A stretch of 64,000 nt of DNA, from NCBI GenBank assembly GCA_965637545.1, contig OZ281495.1, positions 24,490,001 to 24,554,000 of the forward strand, given 5' to 3'. The position numbers and the translations under genes were made by a program. Below the pieces are notes generated by a model. That model made no database searches. It was given only the letters and a program-made list of their open reading frames with translations, and was not told the origin of the DNA. The stretch's first letter is position 1. Every line of letters begins with the position of its first letter. Shown piece by piece: positions 49,301-62,701 of this stretch. The stretch comes from Phallusia mammillata. Taxonomy: Eukaryota.

Positions 49301-52300
49301 GTGATGACACAACGAATCATTAAACATCCAGTTCACAGCATGCTGGTGCTTAACCTGGCCGTCGCAGATATCACCTATCTCGTTGTGAACGCTCCGTACT
49401 ATGTAAGTATCTTGTAATGGTAAAATTAACCTTTTCCACCAGCACATTTTGAGGCTCGGCCGACCACAAGGGAACCATAACGACCAAATTTTTTTTACGT
49501 CCCAAGGTTAATATGCTTTTACTAAAGGTCAAGTACGTGTTGCAAGGTTCGGTTTCACGAAATGTATTTTTGAATTTGTGGTAACCAAATCAGGCCTTTG
49601 TGTCACCGGTATCTAAAAGTCATCCTGCTTTGCATATGTAACCAAGTAAACTACATAAAAACTGTGCTTATATATAAATCGTCATAAACTAACGCGCGGT
49701 CATTACAGACATCGATTTTTATATATTACATTGCATAACGAAAAACACAGACTGATTTAAGTGTATTGAAAGATTTAGTTTAGTATGCAAGTAACGTTTA
49801 ATGTCAATGAACGTTCCATTGTAGGGGTTCTCAACCAGGCGTACCAGGCACCAAAACACTGGGTAAAAGATAGGGTTTTAAAATAATGGCAGTTTAAGAT
49901 TATTTGTGAAAAACTAATGTTTTGGTATGATTTGAGTCATTCATAAAATTATTTTCATTAAACACCAATTAATACGTAAAAAATATGTCAATTTTAGTTC
50001 AGAATTTCATTTACTTTATCAGATATTGCAAATAATACTATTTTCAAAGCGGATCAGCCACTATTGTTTCCGTTGCTGTGTACGTTTTGTTAGGTAAAAA
50101 AACTTTTTGGTTGTAATGAAATGTAAGTTATTTCTACACTTCGTTTATTTGAAACGGTATGGGTTCTCTTTACACAGTTAAGTCGCATAAACGTTTTTGA
50201 AAAATGGTGCGAGCAAGCGTTGTGTAAAAACAGGTGCGTTATGTTCGTCATTAAACTTATGAAAACATTCGTGTATAGTGTCCCAAAAAATAAATTAGTC
50301 ATTGAATCGTGATTCTTCGTCTTCCAAGGTCTTGTTTTTTAGGCCTACATAACCACTTATGAAACGAATATCTAAAATAATGAAACAGCATGTGGTTTCA
50401 ATTAAGTCCTCAAACTCGGTGTTAATCTTTTACCTGTTAAAAAGTTGAGGAACTATTCCAGGAAAAAGTATTTAATAGATGTTTACTAATGGTTTGTAAC
50501 TTTTGCATCACAGATAGTCAACAACATTACATATGAGTGGGTGTTCACGGCAGCGTACTGTCCCTTTTTCCACTTCGCCAGCAACTTAGCAATGGCGGCG
50601 GGGATTTTTACCATATGTTCCCTTGCATGGATGCGCTTCTTGGCTCTGATGCATCCCTTCAAGTTTCAAAAAAGCGTTTTACCAACCCGGACTGGCGGCT
50701 TCGTGGTGATAGCACTTAATTGGATTTCAGCCCTTATCATTGCTCTACCAAATGTGGTCTACTATCGACGCGTTAATGTTCCACCATGTAAGTTCAAGTT
50801 CTAAGTTACTATCCAAAATGATACGAAAAGGCGTATTTTTAATATTTGATAATTAAAACAAATACTTTTCTTTTTTTAAATGAAATATTTAGTCGTAAAT
50901 CAACACGAGGTATTTTCCGAAAAGGCGTTTAGAAGAATTTAATTGGCTAAAATAAGACTTAACATTAACGTACAGTATATTCACTGTCATTATTCAATTT
51001 AGGCAAAAAACACGTTATGCAAGCCGTAGTGAGTAATCTCTTTACTAGAGTCATTACGACATTACAACACGGATTTAAACATATGTGTTTTTAAACCCTC
51101 GTAGACAACAGAGTACAATGCGTGTGGTCGGAAAAGAAAGCTGAAGCCATTTACGCGATGGTGGTGATGGTTTTCACGTACTTCATACCCTTCCTCCTCG
51201 TGACCATCTTCTACATTTTCATTGGTCGCGAAGTTTTTTGTTTTATTTCACGCAAAACCGACGGAAACCGGTAAATGGTGTAACGCAATTGTTCTTATGG
51301 TTGTGAATTTCGTTTGAATCCAACTTAATTTTACTTAATTTGCTAAGCTGACTAAACGCTATAGAATGTGCAAACGTGAAAGGTAATTTTTACCACATTT
51401 ATAAAATAGTTTTGACGGTGACCATGTTTTTAGAACCTTTACCTCAGTCTTGCTTTAAATAAAAATCATTAAAACTTAGCTGCAAAAGTGGAAACGTGTT
51501 CTCGGAAAATCTTATTCCTTTATCCAATCGATAGCATAACGTCCTTTTAGGCTTTGATCGATTACTTGATGACCCAAGCATAAAATTAATGTAAGATTCG
51601 ACAAAGCAAAATCCCATGTAACTCGATGTAGGTTTAACGCTACTTTTTGATCGAATTTCGTTCTTTGTTCAAATAAGGTTTGGTCTGTAATTAAAACAAA
51701 ATAGATCCGGATTTTGCTTAAGTTTTTGGCACCGAAGTTACACTATTTAAAATATGTTAACTCTGACGGCAAAATGTATTTGCACTTTACTTAGGTTTTC
51801 TGCTGTTTCTTTTTAGGCGGACGCCACAACAAAAGCAAGCATCGTCTGAGTACAGAAAAACAACCATCATGGTTTTATGTTTAATCGTGGCTTTCCTTGT
51901 CTGTTGGTTTCCACACAACCTGTATGTGCTGATTTGGGTAAGTACAACCAACGACTAGTTTTTTTTAGCACTTGCAAGAGGCTTTAATGTGGAATTACGG
52001 TTTATGCAATTAATCCCGTTTTACGTGATGTACGTAAAGGCTGATGTAGAATAAGGTAAAACCTCATAAAGCAGCGTCAAAGTCCGCCTAGTTTTATGGA
52101 TCAAATGTAAGCCGATTTGGGCTGAGTGGACACATTCGCACACTTTTGCGTTGTATCACCAGCTTTGTTTTCACGTATATGTGCATGCGTACAGGAACTA
52201 TATATTTGGGTTGCGTAGTGCGTACAGCCAATTATTTTCTCTGGTAGGTTCACTTTTCAGCCTGGTTCGGTCTTTCATAATACTTTTTTTGCCTTTAACC

Positions 52301-52665
52301 TGTTTGGGCCCTAAATACTGACTCACTCACAAATCTGCCATCCACTGAACATCGTGAATAGACTTGTGTATAACATAGTTGCCTTTTAGATCTCCCAAAA
52401 CTACACATCTTTCCGTTACGGCACTCTTCGCTTCATACTGAAGATGGTGGCCCGTTGCATGTCGTATGCCCATGCGTGCGTTAACCCGATCATCTACACT
52501 TTTGCGGCCCCAGACTTCAGAAACAAATCTTTTTCAAAAGACATATGTCCGCTTGGAAAACGACTTGTTTTCGCACAAGGGACCCAGCAGTCCAGGCGAT
52601 TACTGAAGACCAGTAGTCTCGTTGAGCGCACTCTTGTTACGAGATTCGGTTCTACTCCGACCTGA
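46336..52665 (+). CDS. Rhodopsin-family peptide GPCR, galanin/allatostatin-A receptor-like, paralog A (381 aa)
   Basis: Exons 46336-46411, 49170-49402, 50514-50787, 51105-51270, 51817-51937, 52390-52665 (1146 nt). The N-terminus has NVT and NHT sequons. Motifs: GLLGN, LNLAVAD, YCPFF, WMRFLA (in the DRY position), YFIP, CWFPH, CMSYAHACVNPIIY. Confidence 0.9.
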
Positions 52666-53589
52666 TCTAACAGTACCAGGTTCGATCTTTGCTTCGGCCG
52701 CTGGTGGCGCAATGGAGTCAAAATTTTTGCAAATCCACCGCTATTCTTATTCACGTTGAGTTATAGTGGAGAAAGGGCACCAACGGTTTTTTGTCAGTTC
52801 ATATTTGTTTCTTTTAAGTATTTTTGCCACTTATACCTTAAGATTGGATTTGTGAAGCCGATATAATTGTTTAACAGTGTGCACTAAAAAAGTTCCCCAA
52901 AATATGTCTTTGTTGTGTTTATACAACTTTTTAATTGCTTTCTTTGTTGTGTATTTTTATTGCTTCTAGTCCTGCAGAAGTTATTGCATTGTTGTGTATG
53001 ATATAGGCTTCGTTTCACGTCAAAGTGCTTTTGGGTTGCACACAAAGTTATCAAAACGGCAAAGTTATTTAATACTCCGTAGCCAAGAAGTTTAGGTCAA
53101 AAATACAATTTCATATCCGCACTACGTACTATCAATATATGTTATTCAACTTATAAATAAGAAGCGTGTTTACAAGCTGGAATAACTTTTTTGTTTTACC
53201 CAATGTGTTGACGACACATCTAGATTATGCGCTGAAATGATCGAGTTATAATCGATTTGTAAGATATTGTGCTCAATCGATTTGAAACGGATTTACGACT
53301 TAGAAAAACCGTTGACCCTGCACATATCATGTGTAATCACGCAGATCATTTCTCCTGCGTACACTTGTATGACTTTTTGCATGTTGAGCTATAAAGGTTA
53401 AGTAATTACATGAGAAAACTTTGTGGGTGAGGGTGTTTTGATTCACGAATCTCTCACGGGTTTATCCAGCATACTTGACTAAACGTAGGCTACTTAAAAG
53501 TAGGGTCCACTTGAAAAACGTTGACGAAAAAAATGTAATTATATTGTTCGTCAAAATCGCATGTTTGTGAAAACATCGAACCACTGTGC

Positions 53590-54982
53590 TTATTATGGGT
53601 CCCCTTCCTTGAAGGGGACACATCTTGATTTTACTCAATTTCTTTTTTTCTTTTTTCTTTTTTTTTCTTTTTTTTTTTTTTCTTCCCTGAAGTTTGTCCA
53701 CCCCTTTTTGCCCTGAAATGTTTGATGGATTTCGATGAAACTTTCACAGATGGTAGATATAGTTATGTAGATGTGCCATCTGCTTCGTTTGTCATGATAA
53801 CCCCAGTATTTACCCCGCTAGCCCCAAAAATGTAAAATGTGGTTTGTGCGCACCACAAACGTTAGTTTTGTGTAATGTTATAAAGGCAACCATATATTCA
53901 TTCCTAGTGTTTGTGAGTTGCTTGGTGGATGTTTTTGCAGTTTACATTCAGGGGGTGTTAACAGCCTTATGACGTCAGAGGCATCAACGATTGTTGCTCA
54001 AAAGCCCCTCCAGTGGCCAAATGTTTAAACATTTGCCGATTTTGACAAAAATTTACAGGACTGTGGATTGGGTTATTGTGATTAGATATTTTTTTAGTTT
54101 TGGAGTAGAGACCAATTATTTACCCCACTAGCCCCCCAAAAAGGGTGAATTGTTTAAGTATTGTTCAAATGGGATGAAATTTGGACAGTTTGTCCATTGT
54201 GCCATTGTTAGGTGTTGATTGTTGTTTTCCAACCTGTAGCCCCAACATTTACCCGCTAGCCCCCTAAAATAGGGGAATTTTTTAAACAATGTCTGAATTG
54301 GATAAAATTTGGAAAGCTTGTAGAGTATGCCATTTTTGGTGTTGATTCTTGTGTTCTGCCCTGTAGCCCAAACCATTACACCTGGCCCCCCAAAATAGGA
54401 CAATTTTTTAAACAATGTCTGAATTGAATAAAACTTGGGCAGCTTGTAGTGGGTGCTATCTATGGTTGTTGATTGTTGTTTTCCAACCTGTAGCCCCAAC
54501 ATTTACCCCACTAGCCCCCAATGGGTGAATTTTTTTAACAAAGTCTGAATTGAATGAAATTAGGACAGCTTGTGCCATTTTCCAATAATAGCAGCTGATT
54601 GTTGTGTTTTAGTCTAATTTTTCGCTATTTACCCCTTCATTTTTCAGATAGAACATACAATAGAAAAACCTTTAAAAATACCCAAATGGAAGAAAATTTA
54701 GATAGTTTGTACTCCACATAGCATGTTTGTTTATGCTCAGTACCAATCATTGTGTTTGACCTTACAATACCAAACTTTCACATGGTTATTTCTTGAAATG
54801 CATTATTTACAACTTTGCATGTGTGGGGACCCATGAGTTTCTGCCTGCAGAAACAACTAATGTTATAAAAGACAGTGTGTGATATGGGACCCAATATAAA
54901 ATAAGTGTAGGGAATATATTATTTTTTTCAAATAGGTTATAGTGTATATGCAAGGGCAATATGTGCTAAGCCACCCTTCTAG
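53590..54982 (+). mobile_element. Helentron-associated (HINE-like) element, copy 2, without the FANCD2 insert
   Basis: Colinear with 24128-25785: the same 5' ttattatgggtcccc hairpin, a long T/C tract at 53641-53683, internal ccccactagccccc units and the 3' ccacccttCTAG-T-run. Confidence 0.7.
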
Positions 54983-56188
54983 TTTTAAATAGATTCCGTT
55001 CTCCCACTGACAAAAGTATATACAACCGCAACCGCAAGTCATCGGCGTTGCATAAAAATTCTCTTGGATAGGCTTATTTGTGATGAGTGACACAACTTGC
55101 TCCATTAAGCAACATGATAAGGGTCATTATTTACTCTGCCTGATCTGGTGTCTTCATCGAAAGTCTTAACAAACCGACTTCACTGCAGTGAAACTGATAT
55201 TGTCAAGCTTGCAGTATCCAGCTTTTTATTTTAGGCACAAACAGTTTAGACGAACTGTATATGCAACTCAATCTATAAGCATATACGTGCTAAATTGCCA
55301 TAAGCCGGGTTACAAAGAAGTGCTGTATCCGGATTTAAACCTTGTTGTCGTGGCAACGACGCTAAATCAGACACGACGATCTTTGATGTAGCGGATAAAC
55401 CTTAAAACCATTTTTACAGCAAAAGTGCAAATCAAATGGAATGTGTACGACAACCGATGAAATGGCATGTGCGCAATACATGTTACAAACACATTTAAGC
55501 ACAATTTTTGACAAAATATCAAACAATAAATAATCTGCGTGAGACATTAGCTTGTGGAATAGTGCAAAGCAAAAAAAAACTATACTATTAAATATTTTTC
55601 GGTTTTGTGTCGGGGCCTTATAAAGTTATTAATGTGCTGTAAATTAAACAAGGCGTCTAATATATACATAACATTAGTTAAATGATCACAATTGTGGAAC
55701 TCACTTTCTGGCAGGTGTTAACGTGCACAGTGATAGACAAAAAATTAAACAACAAAAAAGCAACGAAAGGACCAAGCTTATTCATTTCAAAAACTAGTGT
55801 TTTGTAATTATTGAACTGTGATGGAAACAGATAACGATGTCAAGTATAGCATACCCATTTAACAATACCATCTTACGATATACAATGTAAAAATGTCTTA
55901 ACACAGGAGTTCTTAATCGGGGGTGAAATTATCCCGCCCCAAAATCGTTGTTCAGTTAAAAAGGGCGTGTGGAATAGTGTGTTAAACTAATTTAGGGGTA
56001 CATTTTTTTCTTCTATATCTACCAAGGGGTTTATTGGAGAAAGACATTGAGAACCATTCTCTTAAAACATAAGAACATTTGTTCAGGTTCATGTATAATT
56101 GTTTTTTTTTCTTTTCGTGTAAGAAAAGCATTTGTGTGTATTTGCAGTGCTAAGCGCCTGGCAGTTTTTCGGCATGTGCAGTTTAAGT

Positions 56189-59100
56189 TTACACCGATTC
56201 GGCTGTGTACACGTCAAGGGGTGCTGCCCTTGGCACAACTGGCGAACTTAGCTTTGACACCAGTGTACGATCACATGCGTGACTGTTATTGGGCAACATC
56301 AACTCCCCCGCTGCCATACCGCGCTGTCTCTTGGCGCTCCCAGTCTGTGTGTGTTTCACCGTGGACATGTTGATCGGAATGAAGGCGTCGCCTCGCTTGC
56401 ACGGGGCGGTCACCGCAACACTGAGGCTTCTTCGGAACTCGGGAGCCGCGAAAGTGTAGATGATGGGGTTAACGCACGCGTGAGCATACGACATGCAGCG
56501 GGCAATCATCTTCAGGGTGTAACGAAGCGCACCGTAGCGATACGAAGCAAAGTTTTTGGACATCTGAAATGAAATACAGTTGCTGATTAATAGACAATTA
56601 GGATTTTGTAGTTTTACCAACTAAATATGTGGATTTAGTTTTAGCTTGATAAAGGCAAACCTGCAGCAAATAAAACACACAGCATATGTAGTCATTGCGC
56701 ATTTTGAACCAATTCGCCATTGTTGGTAATACTAAAAAATAATAATTGTTGTTTTGGTAGAGAATTCCTTTATAAACGCAGTTCTAGCTCGATTGACAAC
56801 CTGCTTCACTGATGATAACAACATTGTTTGAACGTCTAGAATCTAGATGATGTATTCTATACACAAGTACTCTGCTGGCAGTTTTTTGTTTAAGTTCCTT
56901 TAGTATGTGGAAAAGTAAAACGTAAAAAACGCTTTGGTAAGAGGGGCTGGAATTTGTACAAGTTGATTTGAGATCTTTGCATGTCAAAATTCGAGAAGGA
57001 AGCGGACATTTATCATCGTTTACCGCCCGGTACTGCCCGGAACCGTGTCGCATTGCGTCTTTGTACCTGTTTGTTTCCACCGCTGTGGGCGGGCAAAATT
57101 TTCCGGGCTCGATGCACAAACAAACTGGACATTGATTAAGCTTGATTTATATTTATATGTGTTCTTAGGTGTTTTGTTATTTAACTAAGGCAAATTCTTC
57201 CCACTCGAGAAAACGAGAGTATTTAAAATATATATTTGTCCGCTTTTTTAAGGTCTGAACTGTTTGACCTAAGATATCATCTTCACGAACTTTACGGATT
57301 TTAAGACATGAAAATACAGTACATGCGTATCCCAGCTTAAACTGATGCGTTTATGAATAAATGCACACATGTTTCGTTATAGGACTATCTAAAAGTCAGC
57401 TCATAATTGTCATTTCCGGCTTGGTGATTGTTATCTTTCCCCAAGTGAAGAAAACTCAATTCAACTTTACTCAACTCAACATTGCCAACTTAATAAGACT
57501 TTGTTGTTATTGAATCCTATAACGGACGTAAACAAAAAACAAATCTCTTATGCTCTTACCACCATCAAAAGAAAAAGATGATGCGGGAACCAGCAGATGA
57601 GGAAGGCGACGATGAGAAGTAGAACCATTATGGTTGTTTTTCTGTACTCGGCTTTTGCTTGTCTTTCGTTTTGCGAACTGAAAAATGCAACAGTTTTAAT
57701 CCGTAGCAGTGGGGCATATGGGTATTGTAGAATTTGGCGTCGACATTGAAGAACTGGTAATAACGAAACATCATGAAAAACCTCTTAATCTTGAATTCTG
57801 AAATTGTCAAATTTAATTTTTGAATATTACACTTTCCTAAAGGATACAACAGGGACTGCACATCACTTAATGTAAAAGTATGTTTGTTTTAAATAAATCA
57901 TAACGCTCAAATCCTCTCCCTGTACTCAAGCATTACATCACGTGGCTTAACTCTCCTCTTCCGGATGATTCTCCCATGACCGAAAAAAAGAAACATTAAC
58001 TTTGAAACATTGGCGTCGTCTCCAAGATTTGTCCTTGTTTTGATCCGCGGCAAGACAACGATTTGCACTTAGTGTCGAAATAAGTACAGCATGAAGCTTT
58101 ATTAAGGAGCCTTTGAAGAGCTCGTTACAACAAAAAGTATTAGTTTTTTTTTGGACGAGGTAAAGTCTTACAGGCGGGGCGGTTTCGCTTTTGAAAGGCG
58201 CGAGTTTGTGCAAGGCGAGCAAATGGGTAAACAAATTCATTCCGTGAACCTTTAAGACTTTCGCACGCGACGTGACACTAAGAGGCTTTGTCATGGAACT
58301 GAAACTTCGCGTTGACAGACACACCGACACAGACTGGTAATCAATGCCCTGTTTGAGGTATTTTTTTAAGTCTATCAGCAGTGACGCAGTTTGAGGAAAA
58401 TCGTAATTGAAACGTTACCTGCTATAAAGGCCACATTTTAATTACACTGACAAAAATAATCGATTTTTTTATCTCTATGATAAACAACTTTCAGTTTCTT
58501 CTTACCGGGCTCGCTGGGTCTTGCGCATCATCAAACACAGAACTTCTCGTCCGATGATAATGTAGAAGACAGTGACGAGCCCAAATGGAACCACGTAGGT
58601 GAAGACCAACAGAATTATCACGTAGGCGTTTTCGGAGTCTTTGTCAGCCCAGATGCACTGCGTACGGTTGCCTTGAAACCAACCATGTAAAGACTTTTAA
58701 ATACTGTTATACGTGTATGATGATGCGTTTATAGTTTTTTACCTTGAAGATCCTAACTTTTTAGCAACGATTCGTATGTTTACATAATATCACTTTATGC
58801 CAAGTGGACTTAATTTTTAGAAGTTTGTTTTTGAACTAAGTATGCCAAAAAACAACTTTTCTAATTTCTGAAAAGTTAACACATACCAAGTTTATAGAGC
58901 TCTTCTGACAATTATATTTTTGTTTATCGTACACTGCACTATACGTACATTCAGTGTTATTTGCCCTGATAAAAGCGACCTGCATAGGACGTCGAAACGT
59001 TGGTATAAAAATACGATTGCCAGACAAGCGTTATAAAGTTGATATTATGCCTGACCAGCAACATATTGTATAAGTTAACACATAGTTTGGAAGGTAGTAG

Positions 59101-61679
59101 AAAAATGAATTAGTTATGGCTTTGAAACCACAACAAAATGAATTGAACTACTTACTCGGTGGCACTTCGTGCAGTCGGAAATGAATAACATTGGGCAGTG
59201 CAACGATAAAAGCTGCAATCCAGTTGAGTGAAATTACCACAAGCCCGCCAGTGCGAGTAGGTAATACGCTTTTCTGAAACTTGAAGGGATGCATCAGGGC
59301 CATGAATCGCATCCATGCCAACGAACACATGGTAAAGATCCCGGCTGCCATCGACATATTACTGGCGAAGTAGAAGAATGGACAATACGCCTCTGAAAAC
59401 GTCCACTTGTGTGATATGTTTGAGACGATCTGTAAACACGAATTCTTGAAATTAGGTTTTCTTCAAATTGTGGATACTTGAAAGTAAGTCTAAAAGAAAT
59501 TCTTGGAAATAAGTATATGTTACAGTTACAGCGTGAAAGTTGTGTGGTTTTTCACAGTAAGTGCGTAAATTGTCCGCCATAAGCAAAAAATTCGTTTTTC
59601 CGCATTAATTTAACTTATTCAAATAGAATGTGGAAAGATAAACATGATGATGAAAGTCAATATGTTGTTTTGTGGAGGCAACTGTTGACGGGATGTGTAA
59701 TTTCATTAGAAAACGATCATTTTTGTTACTGTAATTAATTTTTTTGAAAAAAGATTATTTAAACCTAAAAATGAGTACAAGACTACTCAGAAAAATTTGT
59801 GTTGGCAAAATTTACAATGGCAAAATATGTTTACCAAATTTTGCTGTTTTGGAGGACAGTAGATGAAATGCATTTACAAAGTAACAGTTTTGACACAGGC
59901 ATGTCTTGTTTTTACTGCGGATGTTTAAACTACAACGGAGGTGAAACCGCAACATGACAAGACATGAAACCCGGTGACGATAAGAAGATCAGGCAGCTAA
60001 TAAGACTAAAGAGTGTTGTTTTTGTTCAAGATATTAGTTTTCATGTATTCCACCGGGAGATTCTTGCTCCCAGAAACCTTACCCGTCGGAAGTTGTTATC
60101 AAAGTCGTCTGAACCCGGGCATTTTGCTTATGGTTTCAGCAAACCCGGACCAAATTCGGCCTCCTATGGGATATAAGTTTTTGATGCCCTCGTCCACGCA
60201 AATTTACGAGATCAATTATTAATTTCAAACATAACTTGAAAACCGACCGAGAATCGATTTATTTTGGGCTGAACCGTAGCGAGGTATGCACGGCATCATT
60301 TCCATTTCGAATGATCAGAAACCTTCCTCATTTTTTAGACAGGCTACATCAGAATTGCCTCATAAATTGTGTATCGTTAAGATAAAATTATGCTTGGAGC
60401 TAACTACAAGCCGATCGGAAATTAAAAACCACCCTATAACATGCATGAAATCGGATATATTGTTTTTCTTCTTGTTATCCTATCTTATTACACGAGCGGT
60501 TTTTTTGTGCTGAAACATTCCATAAATTTTGCTGGTTTCATTTTAGGTAATTTAGGTTAAAGAACTTGACATCAAATCAGTTACCAAAAACGGCATTAGT
60601 GATCAAACACGTATCTTTAGCAACCAACCATATACATGTAATTATGAAACCCATTAAAAGTTAGTTAAAATTGCAACGCACGATTATGCCGCCAGCAAAG
60701 GTGGGCTGTATTTTTTAGCAACCGTGACACCTACTACGATGTGACACTTTAGGACGATTTATTGTTTGTGGGGTCAAACTGAGACTTTGCCTGTACAAAA
60801 GAGTTATTTTAACTCGAATTATTCGTAACACGATATTGTTTTCAAGACAAAAATGTTTGAAACGTAATTTGAGAAGCAATATTGTGATTAAGCTGCAGAC
60901 AGTGCACACTGTTTCGACCTATAAGGTCTTATCAGTGCAGCTGGTGACGAGAGATCGGCCGCATTGGCTAGTGTAGCCATTCAACGGCACTCCAGTTTGT
61001 TGGGAGCACAGGGTACAACCCCATGCATCACCTAGTCTGTGCGATGCCACAACTGGACATACAGCACAGATGAAACTGGCTCACAATGGCCAAGCAACTG
61101 CCGATCTCTCGTCACCAGCTGCACTGATGAGACCTTATAGGTCGAAACAGTGTGCACTGTCTGCAGCTTATCATTTATTGGCTCTATATGCTTTTACTTT
61201 TAATATTGTGATTGTAGTTGTAATTTGATATGATGCGAAGGACTAGAGAGTAGCATCAACATGTGGTGAAGTAAACGCTAATGTCATTTTATATCTCATT
61301 GCCGTTTTCGCATTTATCAAAAACTTCCATGTAAGCGATACAATTGATTTTTTTCTCAAATAGTTTGTGAAAAACGAAACTAAAATCTATTTCCTTTATT
61401 AACACGTCGTTTAGCACAGGTGTGTAAAACAACATACTAAACTTACATAATACGGTGCGTTGACGGCCAGATACATTATGTCGGCTACGGCCAGATTGAG
61501 AACAAGCATGCTGTGAACAGGGTGCTTGATGATACGCTGCGTGACCAGTGTCACGAAAATCACCATGATGTTGCCGATGAGACCTATCACCAGAATGGTT
61601 GCTATGGTTACCGGGATCGCGATCTCAAACACTTTCGACGCCTGCGTCATGGCGTCCCGCATTTGCAGCATGATGACAA
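56189..61679 (-). CDS. Rhodopsin-family peptide GPCR, galanin/allatostatin-A receptor-like, paralog B (N-terminal exon not located)
   Basis: Exons 61679-61447, 59429-59156, 58671-58506, 57677-57560, 56563-56189. The first three have the same lengths (233, 274, 166 nt) as in paralog A. Same motifs: LNLAVAD, WMRFMA, CWFPHH, CMSYAHACVNPIIY. Confidence 0.9.
58962..59005 (+). ncRNA. Degenerate minimal hammerhead motif (core CUGAUAA), probably an inactive Penelope-like relic
   Basis: tgcc CTGATAA a agcgacct-gcat-aggacgtc GAAA CG TT ggta: stem I tgcc/ggta, imperfect stem II, AACGTT palindrome. Confidence 0.4.
60891..60942 (-). ncRNA. Type I hammerhead ribozyme copy with G8-to-A core change (CUGAUAA)
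   Basis: Reverse complement of the left arm; identical to the 61117 ribozyme except at core position 8. Confidence 0.8.
61117..61168 (+). ncRNA. Type I hammerhead ribozyme with intact core
   Basis: AGCUGCA-CUGAUGA-GACC(uuaua)GGUC-GAAA-CAGU(gugc)ACUG-UC-UGCAGCU: 7-bp stem I, 4-bp stem II, closed stem III, canonical GUC cleavage triplet (cut after 61161). Confidence 0.9.
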
Positions 61680-62701
61680 CTGAAATATGATTTATTCGAT
61701 TTATTGTCAAATAAAATAATAACTATACATATGGCAAAAATATTATTAATTTATGCGGGTATATTTAACACACGACATAACAAATTAAACAACACAACAA
61801 AAATTGTGGCATTGCGTAGATTGGCACTTGCCAATTGCGCCAAATATCGATCAACGAAACAGTAAATTTGACACCTGGTCATGCATTTGCTTGCGGTCGA
61901 ATTTTCAAAAATCCGCTGTAATTTCTAACGATGACTTGGTCACAAGGGCACTCTTTTTACGAAAAAAGTGGGCAACAAAAGTTCACATAGCAAAATAAAA
62001 AAGCATAATAACAGGAAAACAAACTTGACTTTATTGGTATACAACTTGATAAACACCGATGGACATGGGCGTAGCAACTTGGCTTTGCAAAATTTTTCCG
62101 TTTGGCAGAAGTTTTTTTTTTCTGTACAGTCACAATATAACTTTCGATTTTTTTTTAATTATTTTATGATAAACTGTAATAATCAAAAAACTTGCATTAT
62201 AAATCGCGGTATATATGCATTTATACCATAAGCCCATCCAGATATTATCAAAAAAACGTTTCAAACAACACTTGTATCTCTAAAAGTAAATCAGAATTTT
62301 GTTTTTGTCACTGTAATTGCTTTGTCGCTTGGTTTGCATTTTAATTTTGTTTGATCTAACAAGCATTTGGAACCGTTTACTCTACCGGTAAAGATTGTGG
62401 TGGAATAACGCTTGTAAATCAAACCACCAAAGCCATAATTTCCTTTATACAGTAGAGTATAGTATAGCCAAACAGTTTGAAAATTGTTATAAAGGTACTT
62501 TTTGATTTATTTAACCAGTGCACAATAAAAAAAATACACAGAAATGTCTCCGTATAGCTTTGAGGGTTTTTAGATTGTTTTACTTTTTTGAAGTGTTATT
62601 TGCTTTTCAATTTGCGATTATCATATACCGGAGCTTGCTTTACATGTTAGAAATGGGCGTGTGATTTTATATTAAATTAATCCAGCTGCAGTAGATTACG
62701 T

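Larger units (their letters stand above)
60889..61170. mobile_element. 282-bp foldback element with 71-bp terminal inverted repeats, each containing a hammerhead ribozyme
   Basis: Arms 60889-60959 and 61100-61170 are reverse complements with a single mismatch (60930 vs 61129). TA dinucleotides lie at both outer ends. Confidence 0.92.

Noticed and set aside
53641-55000. Repeat-spacer-like periodicity suggesting a CRISPR array
   Set aside because: The context is eukaryotic, and the units are degenerate internal tandem repeats of an interspersed element without unique spacers.
56843-56880. ctgatga...tgaacgtc hammerhead-like motif
   Set aside because: The GAAA box is broken and stem I does not pair; too degenerate to call.
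57947-58330. 127-aa minus-strand ORF inside a GPCR-B intron
   Set aside because: The GPCR exon chain is complete without it and no domain is recognisable; unsupported.
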